NCBI GenBank assembly: GCA_046331525.1
Contig: JAXLQQ010000022.1
Coordinates: 9,386 to 73,385 of the forward strand
Reading direction: 5' to 3'
DNA: 64,000 nt
Source: Blastocatellia bacterium
GTDB lineage: Bacteria; Acidobacteriota; Blastocatellia; RBC074
The notes beneath the pieces are model-generated. The model saw only the letters and a list, made by a program, of their open reading frames with translations, did not search any database and had not been told where the DNA came from. Every line of letters begins with the position of its first letter. The first letter of the stretch is position 1. A program made the translations under genes and the position numbers. This document shows positions 44,303 through 54,606 of this stretch, one piece after another.

Positions 44303-44957
44303 CCTACCACCCTGGATTTCCCCAGGCTCAGAATCGAGTTGTGGTCTGGGCCATATCTTAGGCATTGCAGCTGGATGCGTGGCCTCTACGGAACCCTCGT
44401 GTAATCATCAGCGAAACGAACGTTCTTAGCCTGATTATTTAGGAGACTTCAATCTAAGCGTCATACAAATATTCACCTCATCTGCTTTGGAAATGATAAC
44501 ATTGTCTGTCTCTGGGCAATAAACACAGAAGGCGTAGCTTGACACTTATCAACTGGCTTACCATAAAGAGAACCGTTTTTGTCTGCCCACCCGGTTAATC
44601 AAATTAACCTGTAGGGCACCGTTTACCATGTCACGATACTTGACTTGCACTCTCGTGGGAATCTTTCTCCATCGTAAGCAACAAGGTCAAAAGGCGCAGC
44701 ATGTTCAGTCGAGGGAAATAAAACCAGATGGCCTTTCTCGACTAAATCATTAGCTTTCGCAACTCCTAAATCACCTTTGTTTTCGTAGTGCGAAACGCCA
44801 TTCATCATCGCACTTAACATACACACCTTTCACAAAAGTAATCGCGAGGTTTTACTCCGGTGTTGTCATATAGAATCCCGTAGGCTTCCTTAGAGATTCA
44901 CCGATATAGCACACCCTCCACTGTACAAATTACGATTCTCTGTGCAGGCTCTATTTG
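44303..44957 (-). ncRNA. Group-I-like intron in the anticodon loop, between nt 34 and 35
   Basis: The 5' exon ends in U and the insert ends in G. A hand-folded P1 pairs CCUU|CA with UGGAGG (44915-44920), placing a U-G at the splice site. Near the 3' end lie ACCAC (44341-44345), the hairpin CCUGG-GGAAAU-CCAGG (44311-44326) and GUGGU (44306-44310). The full core is not assigned. Confidence 0.6.
44386..44826 (-). pseudogene. Intron-encoded PD-(D/E)XK homing-endonuclease-like ORF (I-Ssp6803I / PDDEXK_5-like) with the frame interrupted about 3-4 times
   Basis: The listed 67-aa ORF reads NKGDLGVAKANDLVEKGHLVLFPSTEHAAPFDLVAYDGERF. It continues after a shift as TRVQVKYRDM..., giving the D...QVK motif. 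Further pieces are CVYCPETDNVIISKADE and NNQAKNVRFADDYTRVP-stop. Confidence 0.6.
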
Positions 44958-45146
44958 AAGGCAGATGCTCTATCCACCTGAGCTACAGGAGCACAGCGCG
45001 GTAATTGCAGGATTGCGCGGCTGGTGGCGATTGCCATTACCGATTTTTAACGGTCGGTTTTTCTGGCGGGATAGCGCGTCTTGTTCAGCCTCGTTTCAGC
45101 GTGATTGCCAGCCCCGTCAGGGCGCGCAACTGTTGCTCTATCGCCG

Positions 45147-45875
45147 TTAGTTTTTCAAGAACTCGGCACGCGTAATTTTGCGGCGTTCTCAAAAGTCGCC
45201 TGATGATTGCCACGGGATTCAAAAATCCATTCGCGCGGGACAGGACGAGAAGGTGTATTCAGTTGCACTTCGTCTGGTCGGGATTTCATTTAAGCAGGGC
45301 GGCGAGCGGTGATTTCGTTTTCGTTCACAGGCAGCAACATCGTCTGAATAGCCAAATGCCCACGATATTCCTGCCGCAACGCTTTGATCCTTCGATAATA
45401 CTGCGTACGGTAACGCCCGCGACAGGACGATCCACGAGTTGCAGCGTGTGATCTGTGGCCGCGTCGAGTTGCAAAGATTTTATTTGGCTGCCTGCGATCG
45501 TTTCTGACTGCTGGATCGTTCAGCAGCGTAGCGTTCGTCAGCACAATAATTGGTTCGCCGGTGAAGGCTTTGATTTGTTGAATAGCCTCGCCCAGATTTG
45601 CGGCCAGTGTGGGTTCGCCGTTGCCAGAAAAGGTAATGACATCAGCTTCGTGCCAGGCGCTGGCTTGCAAATCGGTCATCACCTTTTCCGTCGGCACGTA
45701 AATTTTCCGCACTGCTGCCATTGTGTTCGTTAATTTTCCCCGGTTGGCAATAGACGCAACGAAACGAGCAAATTGAATTCGTAAACAACAAATCAATGCC
45801 GAGCGATTTCCCGACGCGCCAGGAATTTACCGGGCCATAGACGGTGGAAGTGGGGAGATTTTGGCTTTCTGTCAT
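45147..45875 (-). pseudogene. Radical SAM protein with the frame interrupted several times
   Basis: It carries the CxxxCxxC cluster motif in TNSICSFRCVYCQ. ITFSGNGEPTLAANLGEAIQQIK and DEVQLNTPSRPVP lie in other frames. Confidence 0.65.
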
Positions 45876-45995
45876 AAAATAGTCTTGTGGCAAGTCATGT
45901 GCCGGGACACAAAGCGGAATAACGATTGCCTGCAAGGGGGCTTGTTGCGCAGTATTCCCCAATCGGATTTTTATTTCACGAGGTTATCCAAATTT

Positions 45996-48332
45996 ATGAC
46001 GTCAGCTACACTCACAGCGAAAACCCAACTCAGTCTCAACGCACAAAAAGTCGTGGCCAAACGCTACGCGCTGAAAGATCAAAATGGCGCCGGAAATCCC
46101 ACTGAGACCTGGGACGACATTGTCGAGCGAGTCGTGACCTTTGTCGCACGCGCCGAAACCGAAGCGCGCCGCCGCGATGAATTTACCGAAACCATGCGTG
46201 AGATTCTGCGCGCCCGCCTGTTTGTCCCCAACACGCCCTGTCTCGTCAACATGGCAAACCGAAGGCGATGCTCGCCGCCTGCTTCGTACTGCCGGTGCCT
46301 ACGCTCCGAAGAAATTATGGATCACGCCAAATACTGCGCGCTCGTGCATCAGCAAGGCGGCGGAACCGGGATGACGTACGAACGTTTGCGCCCGGCGGGT
46401 TCGTCTGTGAGCGATTCGCGCGGTGCGGCGTCCGGCCCGGTTTCGTTTATGCAAATCGTGAACACCATGCCGAAAGTCGTGAAGCAGGGCGGCGTGCGGC
46501 ACGCGGTGCGAATATGGGCATTTTATCCGTCGCACATCCTGACATCCTGCGCTTCATTCATGCCAGAACGATCAGAAAAGCCTGACGAATTTCAATATTT
46601 CCGTCACGGTCACAGATAAGTTTTTAGAAGCCGTCGAAAACAATGAATGGTTCCCAACTGAATTTAATGGCCAGCCCTGGACACGCGCGGTCTTCGATCC
46701 CAGAGCGAATAACAACGCGGGCGGCCAATATACTTACAACGGACAGGAACCGCCGCAGCCTGGAATGGTTTTCGCGCCTGATGTGTGGCGACGCATTATC
46801 GCCTCGACACATCAATGGGCCGAGCCAGGAATTATTTTCATAGACAACGTCAATCGTAACAATCCGCTGATGAATTCGATGGGGCCAAAGCGCGCGTCGA
46901 ATCCATGCGCCGAACAGCTTTTGCACGATTACAATGCGTGCAACCTCGGTTCGTTAGACGTGGCGAAGTATTTTGATCGCAAGCGCAATGATCTCGATTG
47001 GGAGCGGTTGCAACGCGATATTTATTGGTGCGTGCGCTTTCTCGATAATGTCGTAGACGTGTGCGATTGGCCGCTTGCGCAAATTCATGAAGTCGTCCAT
47101 CGCACGCGCCCCATTGGCTTAGGCATTATGGGCTTTGCCGATTTACTGCTGCACAAACAGATGAAATATGGGAACGAAGAGGCGGCCAATTTTGCGGAAG
47201 AGCTGATGCAATTTATTCGGCGTGAATCCTGGCAGGCATCGCTCGCCCTCGGCGCAGAAAAAGGCGTGATGCCGGAATTTGCTCCGAACCGGGAAGCGTA
47301 TGAACAATTGCTCTACGAAGAAATCGGCATAGATCGCAGCACACCGCTCACGCCGCGCAATTACGAAGTCACCACGATTGCGCCGACCGGCACAATTTCA
47401 CTTGTCGCGGAAACCAGTTCCGGCTGCGAGCCGAATTTTTCATATGCCTACGTGCGTAAAGATACACTCGGCAAACGAGTCTACGCGCATCCGCTGGCGG
47501 CGCAGGCGCTCGGCATCGCGCTTGATCCGTTGAATGAAACTTCAGTCGAAGCAGCGGCAGAACAAATTGAAAAACGGCGCGCCGAATTGCCCGACTATTT
47601 CGTAGATGCGCATTCCCTTACGCCCGATGAACATTTGCTGATGCTCAAGGCCTTTCAGCACCACGTCGACAATAGTATCTCTAAGACGGTCAACGCGCCT
47701 GCCAGTTACACGCTAGATGATACAGATCGCGTGCATCGGCTGGCGTGGAAGTTTGGCGTGAAAGCCGTGAGTTATTACCGCGACGGCTCGCGCGAGGAAC
47801 AAGTATTGACGACGATGCAAACAACGCAACCGACGCCGCAACCAACGCCAGCGCCACAATTGTCCCTCGCATCATTGCCTGCCGCAACGCGCGTCAATCG
47901 TCCGCGGGAATTGACAGGATTCACGTGGCAGATTCCGTTTGATGGGCAAAACCTATATGTGACAACGAACCGACGGGCAACAAATCCTCGAAGTGTTTGC
48001 TGGGCCGCTGTCTTCGAGCGTCGGGATGCTCGCGTCCAAGATGTTGCGCGGCGGTTCAGCGTGAACAAGTCGCGCAAATCCTCAATAAAATTACGGGGAC
48101 GCACGCGCTCTTTTTCAATCAGCGGTTGATTACTTCGCCCGAACAAGCGGTAGCGGAATGCCTGTTGATTACGCAGCGGCGGTTGAGTGGTTTGCAGGAT
48201 GCAGTGGCAAAATCAGAGGGGACAGCGCAACGGCTGACCGGCAAGAGTTGCCCTGAATGTGGTTCGACGAATCTGTTTCGCAATGGTGGATGTGACACGT
48301 GCCCGGATTGCTCGTGGTCGAAGTGTTCTTGA
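45996..48332 (+). pseudogene. nrdJ: Class II (adenosylcobalamin-dependent) ribonucleotide reductase with the frame interrupted at both ends
   Basis: Segments include FVPNTPCLVN, GGGTGMTYERLRPAGS, SNPCAEQLL and IAPTGTISL. The C-terminal Cys tail is [26 protein letters not shown]. The central 454-aa piece is intact. Confidence 0.85.
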
Positions 48333-48338
48333 TTTGCT

Positions 48339-48416
48339 ACGAAACAGACGGAAATAACGGAAGACACGAAATGGTTCTGCCTTTTTCGTACCTTTCGTTA
48401 TTTCCGTCTGTTTCGT
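48339..48416 (+). terminator. Perfect 21-bp hairpin (ACGAAACAGACGGAAATAACG / complement) after nrdJ, followed by a T-run. It belongs to a repeat family.
   Basis: The arms at 48339-48359 and 48396-48416 are exact complements, followed by CGTTTTT. The arm recurs at 58620-58750. Confidence 0.7.
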
Positions 48417-48511
48417 CGTTTTTCTGCCGTCTGCCTTCCTTGACGATTTCTCACGCCAGCCCTTACACTCGCTCTTTTCGATTGAGACCCCAATTTTCAC
48501 CACGAGGAACT

Positions 48512-51398
48512 ATGTCACCCCAATCTTTTCAATTCACGCCAATCATTCACGACCAGGAAACGGAGAATCCGCCCTTTTTATTACTCCCGCAACTCGAAAA
48601 AGAAGGCATCGCCGCGATTTCCAAATTGCCCGTCAGCATTCGCATCGTGCTGGAATCGGTGCTGCGCAATTTTGACGGCCTCAAGATCAGCGAAGGCGAT
48701 GTGCGCGTGCTGGCGAATTGGAAGCCGAGCGAAACGCGCACCGCAGAAATCCCCTTCGTCGTCTGCGCATCGTATTGCAAGGATTTTACGGGCGTGCCGT
48801 TGCTCGTGGATTTGGCGGCGATGCGTTCAACCGTCGCGGGGCTGGGCAAAATCCCAAAGTCGTCGAACCGCTCGTACCCGTTGATTTAGTTGTGGATCAC
48901 TCTGTCCAAGTGGATTTCTTCGGCACGTCGGACGCGCTGACGAAAAACATGGAAATCGAATTCAAGCGCAATCGCCAACGCTACGAATTTTTTGAAGTGG
49001 GGATGCAGGCGTTCGATACCTTCAAAGTCGTGCCGCCCGGCATTGGCATTGTGCATCAGGTCAACCTCGAATATCTGGCAAAAGGCGTGCTCGAAAAAGA
49101 CGGCGTTTATTATCCCGACACGCTCGTCGGCACCGACTCGCACACGACGATGATTAACGGCCTCGGTATCGTGGGCTGGGGCGTCGGCAGCATTGAAGCA
49201 GAAGCGGGGAATGCTCGGCCAGCCTGTCTATTTCCTGACACCGGATGTTGTCGGCTTCCACCTGCACGGCGAACTGCGCGAAGGTGTGACGGCGACTGAC
49301 CTCGTGCTGACCTGCACCGAAATGCTGCGTAAGGCAAAAGTCGTCGGCAAGTTTGTCGAATACTTCGGCGAAGGCGCGGCGTCGCTGTCCCTCGTGGATC
49401 GTGCGACGATTGCGAATATGGCTCCTGAATACGGCGCGACGATGGGCTTTTTCCCGATTGACGAAGAAACCTGCAATTACCTGCTGGCTACAGGCCGCAG
49501 CGAAGAACAGGTCGCAACGTTTAGAAATTATTTTCAGGCGCAAGGTTTGTTCGGCATGCCGAAGGCGGGCGACATTGAATACAGCCAAACGCTGGAATTG
49601 AATCTGGCTGATGTTGTACCGAGCGTCGCGGGGCCAAAGCGCCCGCAGGATCGCATTGAATTACAGCAACTCAAGGTCAAATTCACCGAACTCTTTCACA
49701 AGCCGATCAACGAAAGCGGATACAACAAACCGATTGCAGAATTGACGCAACGCTTCGGCGCGACCGTCGGCATTCGTCCGCACGAAGTCAAACGTGCGTT
49801 GACGGGCGGCGGCTCGCAGGATTCGGAAACCGTGCCGAAAACCAAAACCGATAAAACCACCAAAGAGAACACCAGCGCGTGGACGGAAACCGAGATGATG
49901 AACAATCGTCCGACGCCGGATCGCGTCTACGAAGCGCCGACCGAGCAGGCGCGAATGTCGGTGAACGTGGGACACGGTGACGTGTTGATTGCGGCGATTA
50001 CATCCTGCACGAACACTTCTAATCCTGGTGTGATGCTTGCCGCAGGATTGGTGGCGAAAAAAGCGGTAGAGAAAGGGTTGACCGTACGTCCAGCGGTGAA
50101 AACTTCGCTCGGCCCTGGCTCGCGCGTTGTGACGGAATACCTCAATAAAACCGGGCTGCAAAGCTATCTGGATCAACTCGGTTTCAATACCGTCGGCTAT
50201 GGTTGTACGACCTGCATCGGCAATTCCGGCCCGCTCGACGCAGGCATTGAGGAAGCGGTGGTGAAAAACGATCTCGTTGCCGCGTCAGTACTGTCAGGAA
50301 ATCGCAATTTTGAAGCGCGCGTGCATCAAAACATCAAAGCGAACTTCTTGATGTCGCCGCCGCTCGTCGTCGCCTTTGCGCTCGCAGGTCGCGTAGATAC
50401 GAACCTTACGCAAGATCCAATTGGCAAAGGTGAGAACGGCGAAGACGTATTTCTGAAGACATCTGGCCGACACTCGACGAAGTCAAAGCCGTGATGAGCG
50501 CGGCAATGGATGCTGAAACCTATCGTCGCCTCTACAGCGATTTTACGTCAGAGGAAAATCCGTTGTGGAATGAAATTCCGAGTTCGACGGGCGATGTGTA
50601 CAAGTGGGATGAAAACTCGACCACAATTCCCGGCAACCGCCCTTCTTTGAAAACTTCGGCATGAACGCGGGCACGGCGGCCAGCATCACAGGCGCGCGGG
50701 CGCACTGGCGATCTTCGGCGATTCGGTCACGACCGACCGCATTTCGCCTGCGGGTTCGATCAAAGCCACTTCGCCCGCTGGCGTATTCCTGGGAACACGG
50801 CGTCACGCCAGCGAATTTCAATTCCTACGGTTCACGGCGCGGTAATGATCGCGTGATGACGCGCGGCACCTTCGCCAATGTCCGCATTAAAAACCTGATG
50901 GTGCCCGGCGTCGAAGGCGGCGTGGCCAGTGCTGCAACCGAGCTTGGCGAACAACTCAGCATTTACGATGCGGCGATGAAATATCAGGAAGCGGGCACGC
51001 CGCGAGTCGTCGTCGCCGGGCAGGGGCATACGGCACCGGCAGTTCCGCGCGAGCTGGGCCGCCAAAGGCACGCGGTTGCTCGGCGTGAATGCCGTTATCG
51101 CGCAAAGCTTCGAGCGCATTCACCGTTCCAACTTAGTCGGCATGGGCTGCTGCCGTGCCAGTTTAAAAGGCACGAGCGCGCAAAGCCTGAAACTGGACGG
51201 CACTGAAAGCTTCGACCTGAGTGGGTTGGAAGCAGGACTGCGACCAATGATGGATGTGACGCTGGTAATTCATCGCGCGAGCGGTGACGGGAAGAGGTTC
51301 CGGTCACGCTGCGCATTGATACGCCGATTGAAGTCGAATACTACCTGCACGGCGGCATCCTGCCGTATGTGCTGCGGCAGTTGGTAGCGAAAGCGTAG
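48512..51398 (+). pseudogene. acnA: Aconitate hydratase A with the frame interrupted several times
   Basis: Segments include [16 protein letters not shown]-like sequence, [38 protein letters not shown] and CTTCIGNSG. The C-terminal swivel-domain pieces lie in shifted frames. Confidence 0.85.
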
Positions 51399-51423
51399 GC
51401 AAAAGTTTCGCCTTACATTACGC

Positions 51424-51475
51424 AAAAAAGGACAGGTTCACGCAGATTTGATCGGTGTGAATCTGTCCTTTTTCT
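51424..51475. terminator. Rho-independent terminator after acnA, with an A-run upstream and a T-run downstream (bidirectional form)
   Basis: AGGACAGGTTCAC and GTGAATCTGTCCT form a 13-bp stem that includes one G-U pair. It is flanked by AAAAAA and TTTTT. Confidence 0.65.
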
Positions 51476-51602
51476 GCATCATCTGTGGCGGCTTTTTCCT
51501 GCCCAGGCGCAGCATAAAACAGTAGCGCACGGGCGGGCATTCCGATTAGTATTTCGTCTGCCTGTTCGTAATGAAAAGTCCCGCGCACAACTGGGGAGAG
51601 GA

Positions 51603-52968
51603 ATGTCCATGGATTACAAAAACAATATTCTTGAAACGGTCGGTCATACGCCGCTAGTCAAACTTAATAAGCTAACCAAAGGGCTAAAACCGCTGGTGCT
51701 GGCCAAAATGGAATCGCATAATCCCGGCGGCAGCGTCAAAGACCGCATTGGCATCGCAATGGTCGAACGCGCCGAGCGGTTAGGCGAACTAAAACCCGGC
51801 GGCACTGTCGTTGAAGCGACCAGCGGCAATACGGGCATCGGCCTCGCGCTCGCCTGCGCGATCAAAGGCTATCGCAGTGTGTTTGTGATGACGGATAAAT
51901 GCAGTCAGGAAAAAGTGCGTTACTTAAAAGCCCTAGGCGCTGATGTTGTCGTCGTTCCTGCCGCCGCCAAACACGAATCACCTGACCACTATCTGAACGT
52001 GGCAGAAACGCATTGCGCACGAAACGCCGAACGCGATTTTGACCTTTCAATACGGCAATCCTGCCAACCCGGAAGCGCACTATCATTCAACAGGCCCCGA
52101 ACTGTGGGAGCAAACGGAAGGGCGCATTACGCGCTTGTCTCCGGCATCGGCACAGGCGGCACGATCAGCGGCAGCAGGCGATATTTGAAAGAAAAAATCC
52201 GCGTCAAATTATTGGCGCTGACCCTTATGGCTCGATTTTCAAAACCTACAAAGAAAGCGGCCACGTCACCGACTCTGCGCCGTATCTGGTTGAAGGCATT
52301 GGGCAGGATGTGATTCACGAGAACGTGCATTTCAAATACATTGACGACATCATCAACATAACTGAAACCGCGATTCGTTCAATACCGCTCGGCGGTTAGG
52401 GCGCGAAGAGGGCATCTTCTGCGGCAGCAGCACCGGCACACTCGCGGCAGCGGCCTTGAAAGTTGCCGAGAACGCGAGCGAAGAAGATGTGATTGTCTTC
52501 ATCGTCTGCGACACGGGCGAACGCTATTTGTCGAAGTTTTTGTCGGATGAATGGATGAAGGAAAAACGTCTGCTCGGCTTTGAGCGGTTGACCGTCGGAT
52601 TGCTCAATGAAATGAAAGCGACAGACGTGATGCCGCGCCTGATTTATGCGAGTTCCGAGCATCGCGTTGCCGATGTGATGCAGTTAATGAATACGCACGG
52701 CCTCTCGCAAATCCCGATTCTCGACGATGGCAACAGCGTCGGCAGTGTGCGAGAAGGCCGCTTGATGGCGAAGCTGCTGAACAATCGAGAGTTATTGCAA
52801 GCCTCGGTTAGCGAAGTGATGGATGCGCCTTTCCCCGTCGTAAATGAAACGGTCGAAGCCGAACGTGCGATCAAATACCTGAAGCATTCGCCTGCGATTC
52901 TGGTCGAAGAATACGGACGCATCGTCGGCATTATCACTCGCCACGATGTTATTGATGTGCAAGGATAA
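51603..52968 (+). pseudogene. Cystathionine beta-synthase-like protein (PLP cysteine-synthase fold plus a tandem CBS pair) with the frame interrupted in the middle
   Basis: It has the N-terminal PLP-lysine region NPGGSVKDR, then [12 protein letters not shown] and [11 protein letters not shown]. The intact C-terminal ORF 52456..52968 holds two CBS domains. Confidence 0.75.
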
Positions 52969-53034
52969 GATTTGGTCTTGGGCCTTTGCTGCAACTTGCA
53001 GGGCGAAGTCCAAGACCGAAGACCGAAGACCAAT
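52969..53034. repeat. Imperfect hairpin with GAAGACC x3 on one arm (AAGACC family), ending at the Nudix gene ATG
   Basis: TTGGTCTTGG...CTGCA-ACT-TGCAG...CCAAGACCGAAGACCGAAGACCAA. The unit is related to the 36209 hairpin. Confidence 0.5.
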
Positions 53035-53674
53035 GACTAAAGACTATCCCCGCCCCGCTGTGACCGTTGATTTGGTAATCTTCACAATTGCCGCGAACGA
53101 TCTGCAAGTGTTACTAATTCGGCGTGACGGGGAACCGTTCAAAGGACATTGGGCGTTGCCTGGCGGGTTTGTCGGCATTGATGAATCGCTGGAAGCAGCG
53201 GCAGCGCGCGAGTTGCAGGAAGAAGCTGGCGTCAAGCAAGTCTATCTCGAACAATTGTTCACCTTTGGCGAACCGCACCGCGATCCGCGCGGGCGCGTTA
53301 TTAGCGTAGCTTATTTTGCGCTCATGGATAGTGAACAGCAGCAGGTCGTAGCCGGTTCCGATGCGGCAGCCGCCGAATGGCATTCAGTTTTCAATCCGCC
53401 GCCGCTCGCCTTCGATCATCGGCAGATTTTGGACTATGCCGTGTGGCGGTTGCGCAATAAGTTGGAATGGACGACGGTGGGATATGAATTATTGCCGCAG
53501 AAATTCACGCTGTCGGAATTGCAGCGCGTTTACGAAATCATCCTGCAAAAGCCGGTAGACAAGCGCAACTTTCGCAAGAAAATCCTGGCGCAGGGGCAGA
53601 TCAAAGAATTGAATGAGATTCGCACCGAGGGCGCGCATCGTCCGGCGCGTTTGTATTCCTTCCGAGAGCGGTGA
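53033..53674 (+). CDS. Nudix hydrolase fused to a C-terminal winged-helix domain (NrtR-like)
   Basis: It has the Nudix box GGFVGIDESLEAAAARELQEEAG. The C-terminal ...FTLSELQRVYEIILQKPVDKRNFRKK... is typical of NrtR DNA-binding domains. Confidence 0.75.
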   Translation: MTKDYPRPAVTVDLVIFTIAANDLQVLLIRRDGEPFKGHWALPGGFVGIDESLEAAAARELQEEAGVKQVYLEQLFTFGEPHRDPRGRVISVAYFALMDSEQQQVVAGSDAAAAEWHSVFNPPPLAFDHRQILDYAVWRLRNKLEWTTVGYELLPQKFTLSELQRVYEIILQKPVDKRNFRKKILAQGQIKELNEIRTEGAHRPARLYSFRER

Positions 53675-53677
53675 AGC

Positions 53678-54538
53678 CTACGCTGCAACACGCCCGCTAA
53701 AGACCAGCCACAGAATCAGCACGCCAACCAACAGCCGATACGCCACAAAAATCAGCGTGGAGTTTTTGCGCAAAAAGCTCAGCAAAAATGCGATGCTCAA
53801 ATAGCCAACAACGGCGGAAATTAAGGTGGCGACAATCAGGTTCGTCATCCCAATGCCCTGCAACCCGCCGACTTTGAGCAATTCTTTCATCTCTAAAATC
53901 CCGCTGCCTGCAATAGCCGGAATCGAAAGCAAAAACGAAAAGCGTGCCGCACTTTCGCGCGTCAGCCCCGTCACCAATGCACCGGTAATCGTCGTGCCGG
54001 AACGCGAGGAGCCAGGAATCAACGAGAAGCATTGCGCAAAGCCAACAATCAGCGCATCGCCCCAGCGCAATTCATTCATGCCACGCCGTCGCGTGCCAAA
54101 CATTTCAGCCAGCATCAAAAACACCGCCCAAACCACGACGCTTACGCCGATGACATACAGATTTTTAGTAAACGCGCCTTCAATCAGTTTCTTCGCTGAC
54201 AACCCAATGATGACCACAGGCAACGTCCCCAGAATAATCAGCCAGCCAAGCTTCGCGCCGTTGTGCGTGCCGCGCTGTTGCCGCGATTGCAGCATCGCCA
54301 GATTCCCGCCAATGAACCCGACAATGATGCTCATAATGTCATTGAAGAAATAGATAATCACCGCTGCCAGCGTGCCGAGTTGAATCACTGCTGTAAAGGC
54401 CGTGATCTGTTCGGGTGTCATCACGTTTCCCAGCCCCATAATTCGTTCCGCCAGAATCAAATGGGCGCTGCTGCTGACAGGAATAAATTCGGTGAGTCCC
54501 TGTACGATGCCGAGGAGGATTGCTTGAAAGAGATTCAT
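53678..54538 (-). CDS. uppP: Undecaprenyl-diphosphate phosphatase
   Basis: The start is MNLFQAILLGIVQGLTEFIPVSSSAHL. PGSSRSGTTI is the BacA signature. The track ORF is extended upstream into glyQS. Confidence 0.85.
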   Translation of the reverse strand: MNLFQAILLGIVQGLTEFIPVSSSAHLILAERIMGLGNVMTPEQITAFTAVIQLGTLAAVIIYFFNDIMSIIVGFIGGNLAMLQSRQQRGTHNGAKLGWLIILGTLPVVIIGLSAKKLIEGAFTKNLYVIGVSVVVWAVFLMLAEMFGTRRRGMNELRWGDALIVGFAQCFSLIPGSSRSGTTITGALVTGLTRESAARFSFLLSIPAIAGSGILEMKELLKVGGLQGIGMTNLIVATLISAVVGYLSIAFLLSFLRKNSTLIFVAYRLLVGVLILWLVFSGRVAA

Positions 54539-54606
54539 TAGAAACATCCGGGGGATGAAACAAGGGCAGAGAAGCGCTGGAGCAAGCAGGGCTTCTCTGC
54601 TAATCG

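Larger units (their letters stand above)
44261..44992 (-). tRNA. tRNA-Arg(UCU), interrupted. Exon 1 is 44958..44992, the intervening sequence 44303..44957, and exon 2 44261..44302 with an encoded CCA.
   Basis: The joined exons give a 77-nt cloverleaf with every stem Watson-Crick or G-U. The acceptor is GCUCCUG/CGGGAGC, the D stem GCUC/GAGC and the anticodon stem UCUGC/GCAGA. The anticodon loop is CUUCUAA, the T stem GCACG/CGUGC and the T loop UUCGAGU. Confidence 0.85.

Noticed and set aside
44229-44430. A strong Shine-Dalgarno-like AAGAGGAG followed by a TTG-initiated plus-strand ORF of about 59 codons
   Set aside because: The ORF is antisense to tRNA exon 2 and the intron 3' core. It is below the size threshold and has a low-complexity translation, so it is most likely fortuitous.
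44942-44992. If the tRNA 5' half is read contiguously, the loop would be CUUCAAA, giving anticodon UCA (a selenocysteine or opal-suppressor tRNA).
   Set aside because: The contiguous downstream sequence provides no complementary anticodon-stem strand, T arm or acceptor strand. All of these are found 655 nt away and restore a normal Arg(UCU) tRNA.
45876-45995. Cobalamin riboswitch or NrdR box upstream of nrdJ
   Set aside because: I could find neither the B12-box (…GCCACUG…) context nor an acaCwAtATaTwGtgt-like NrdR palindrome in the 120-nt leader. I cannot exclude a divergent element without a covariance-model scan.
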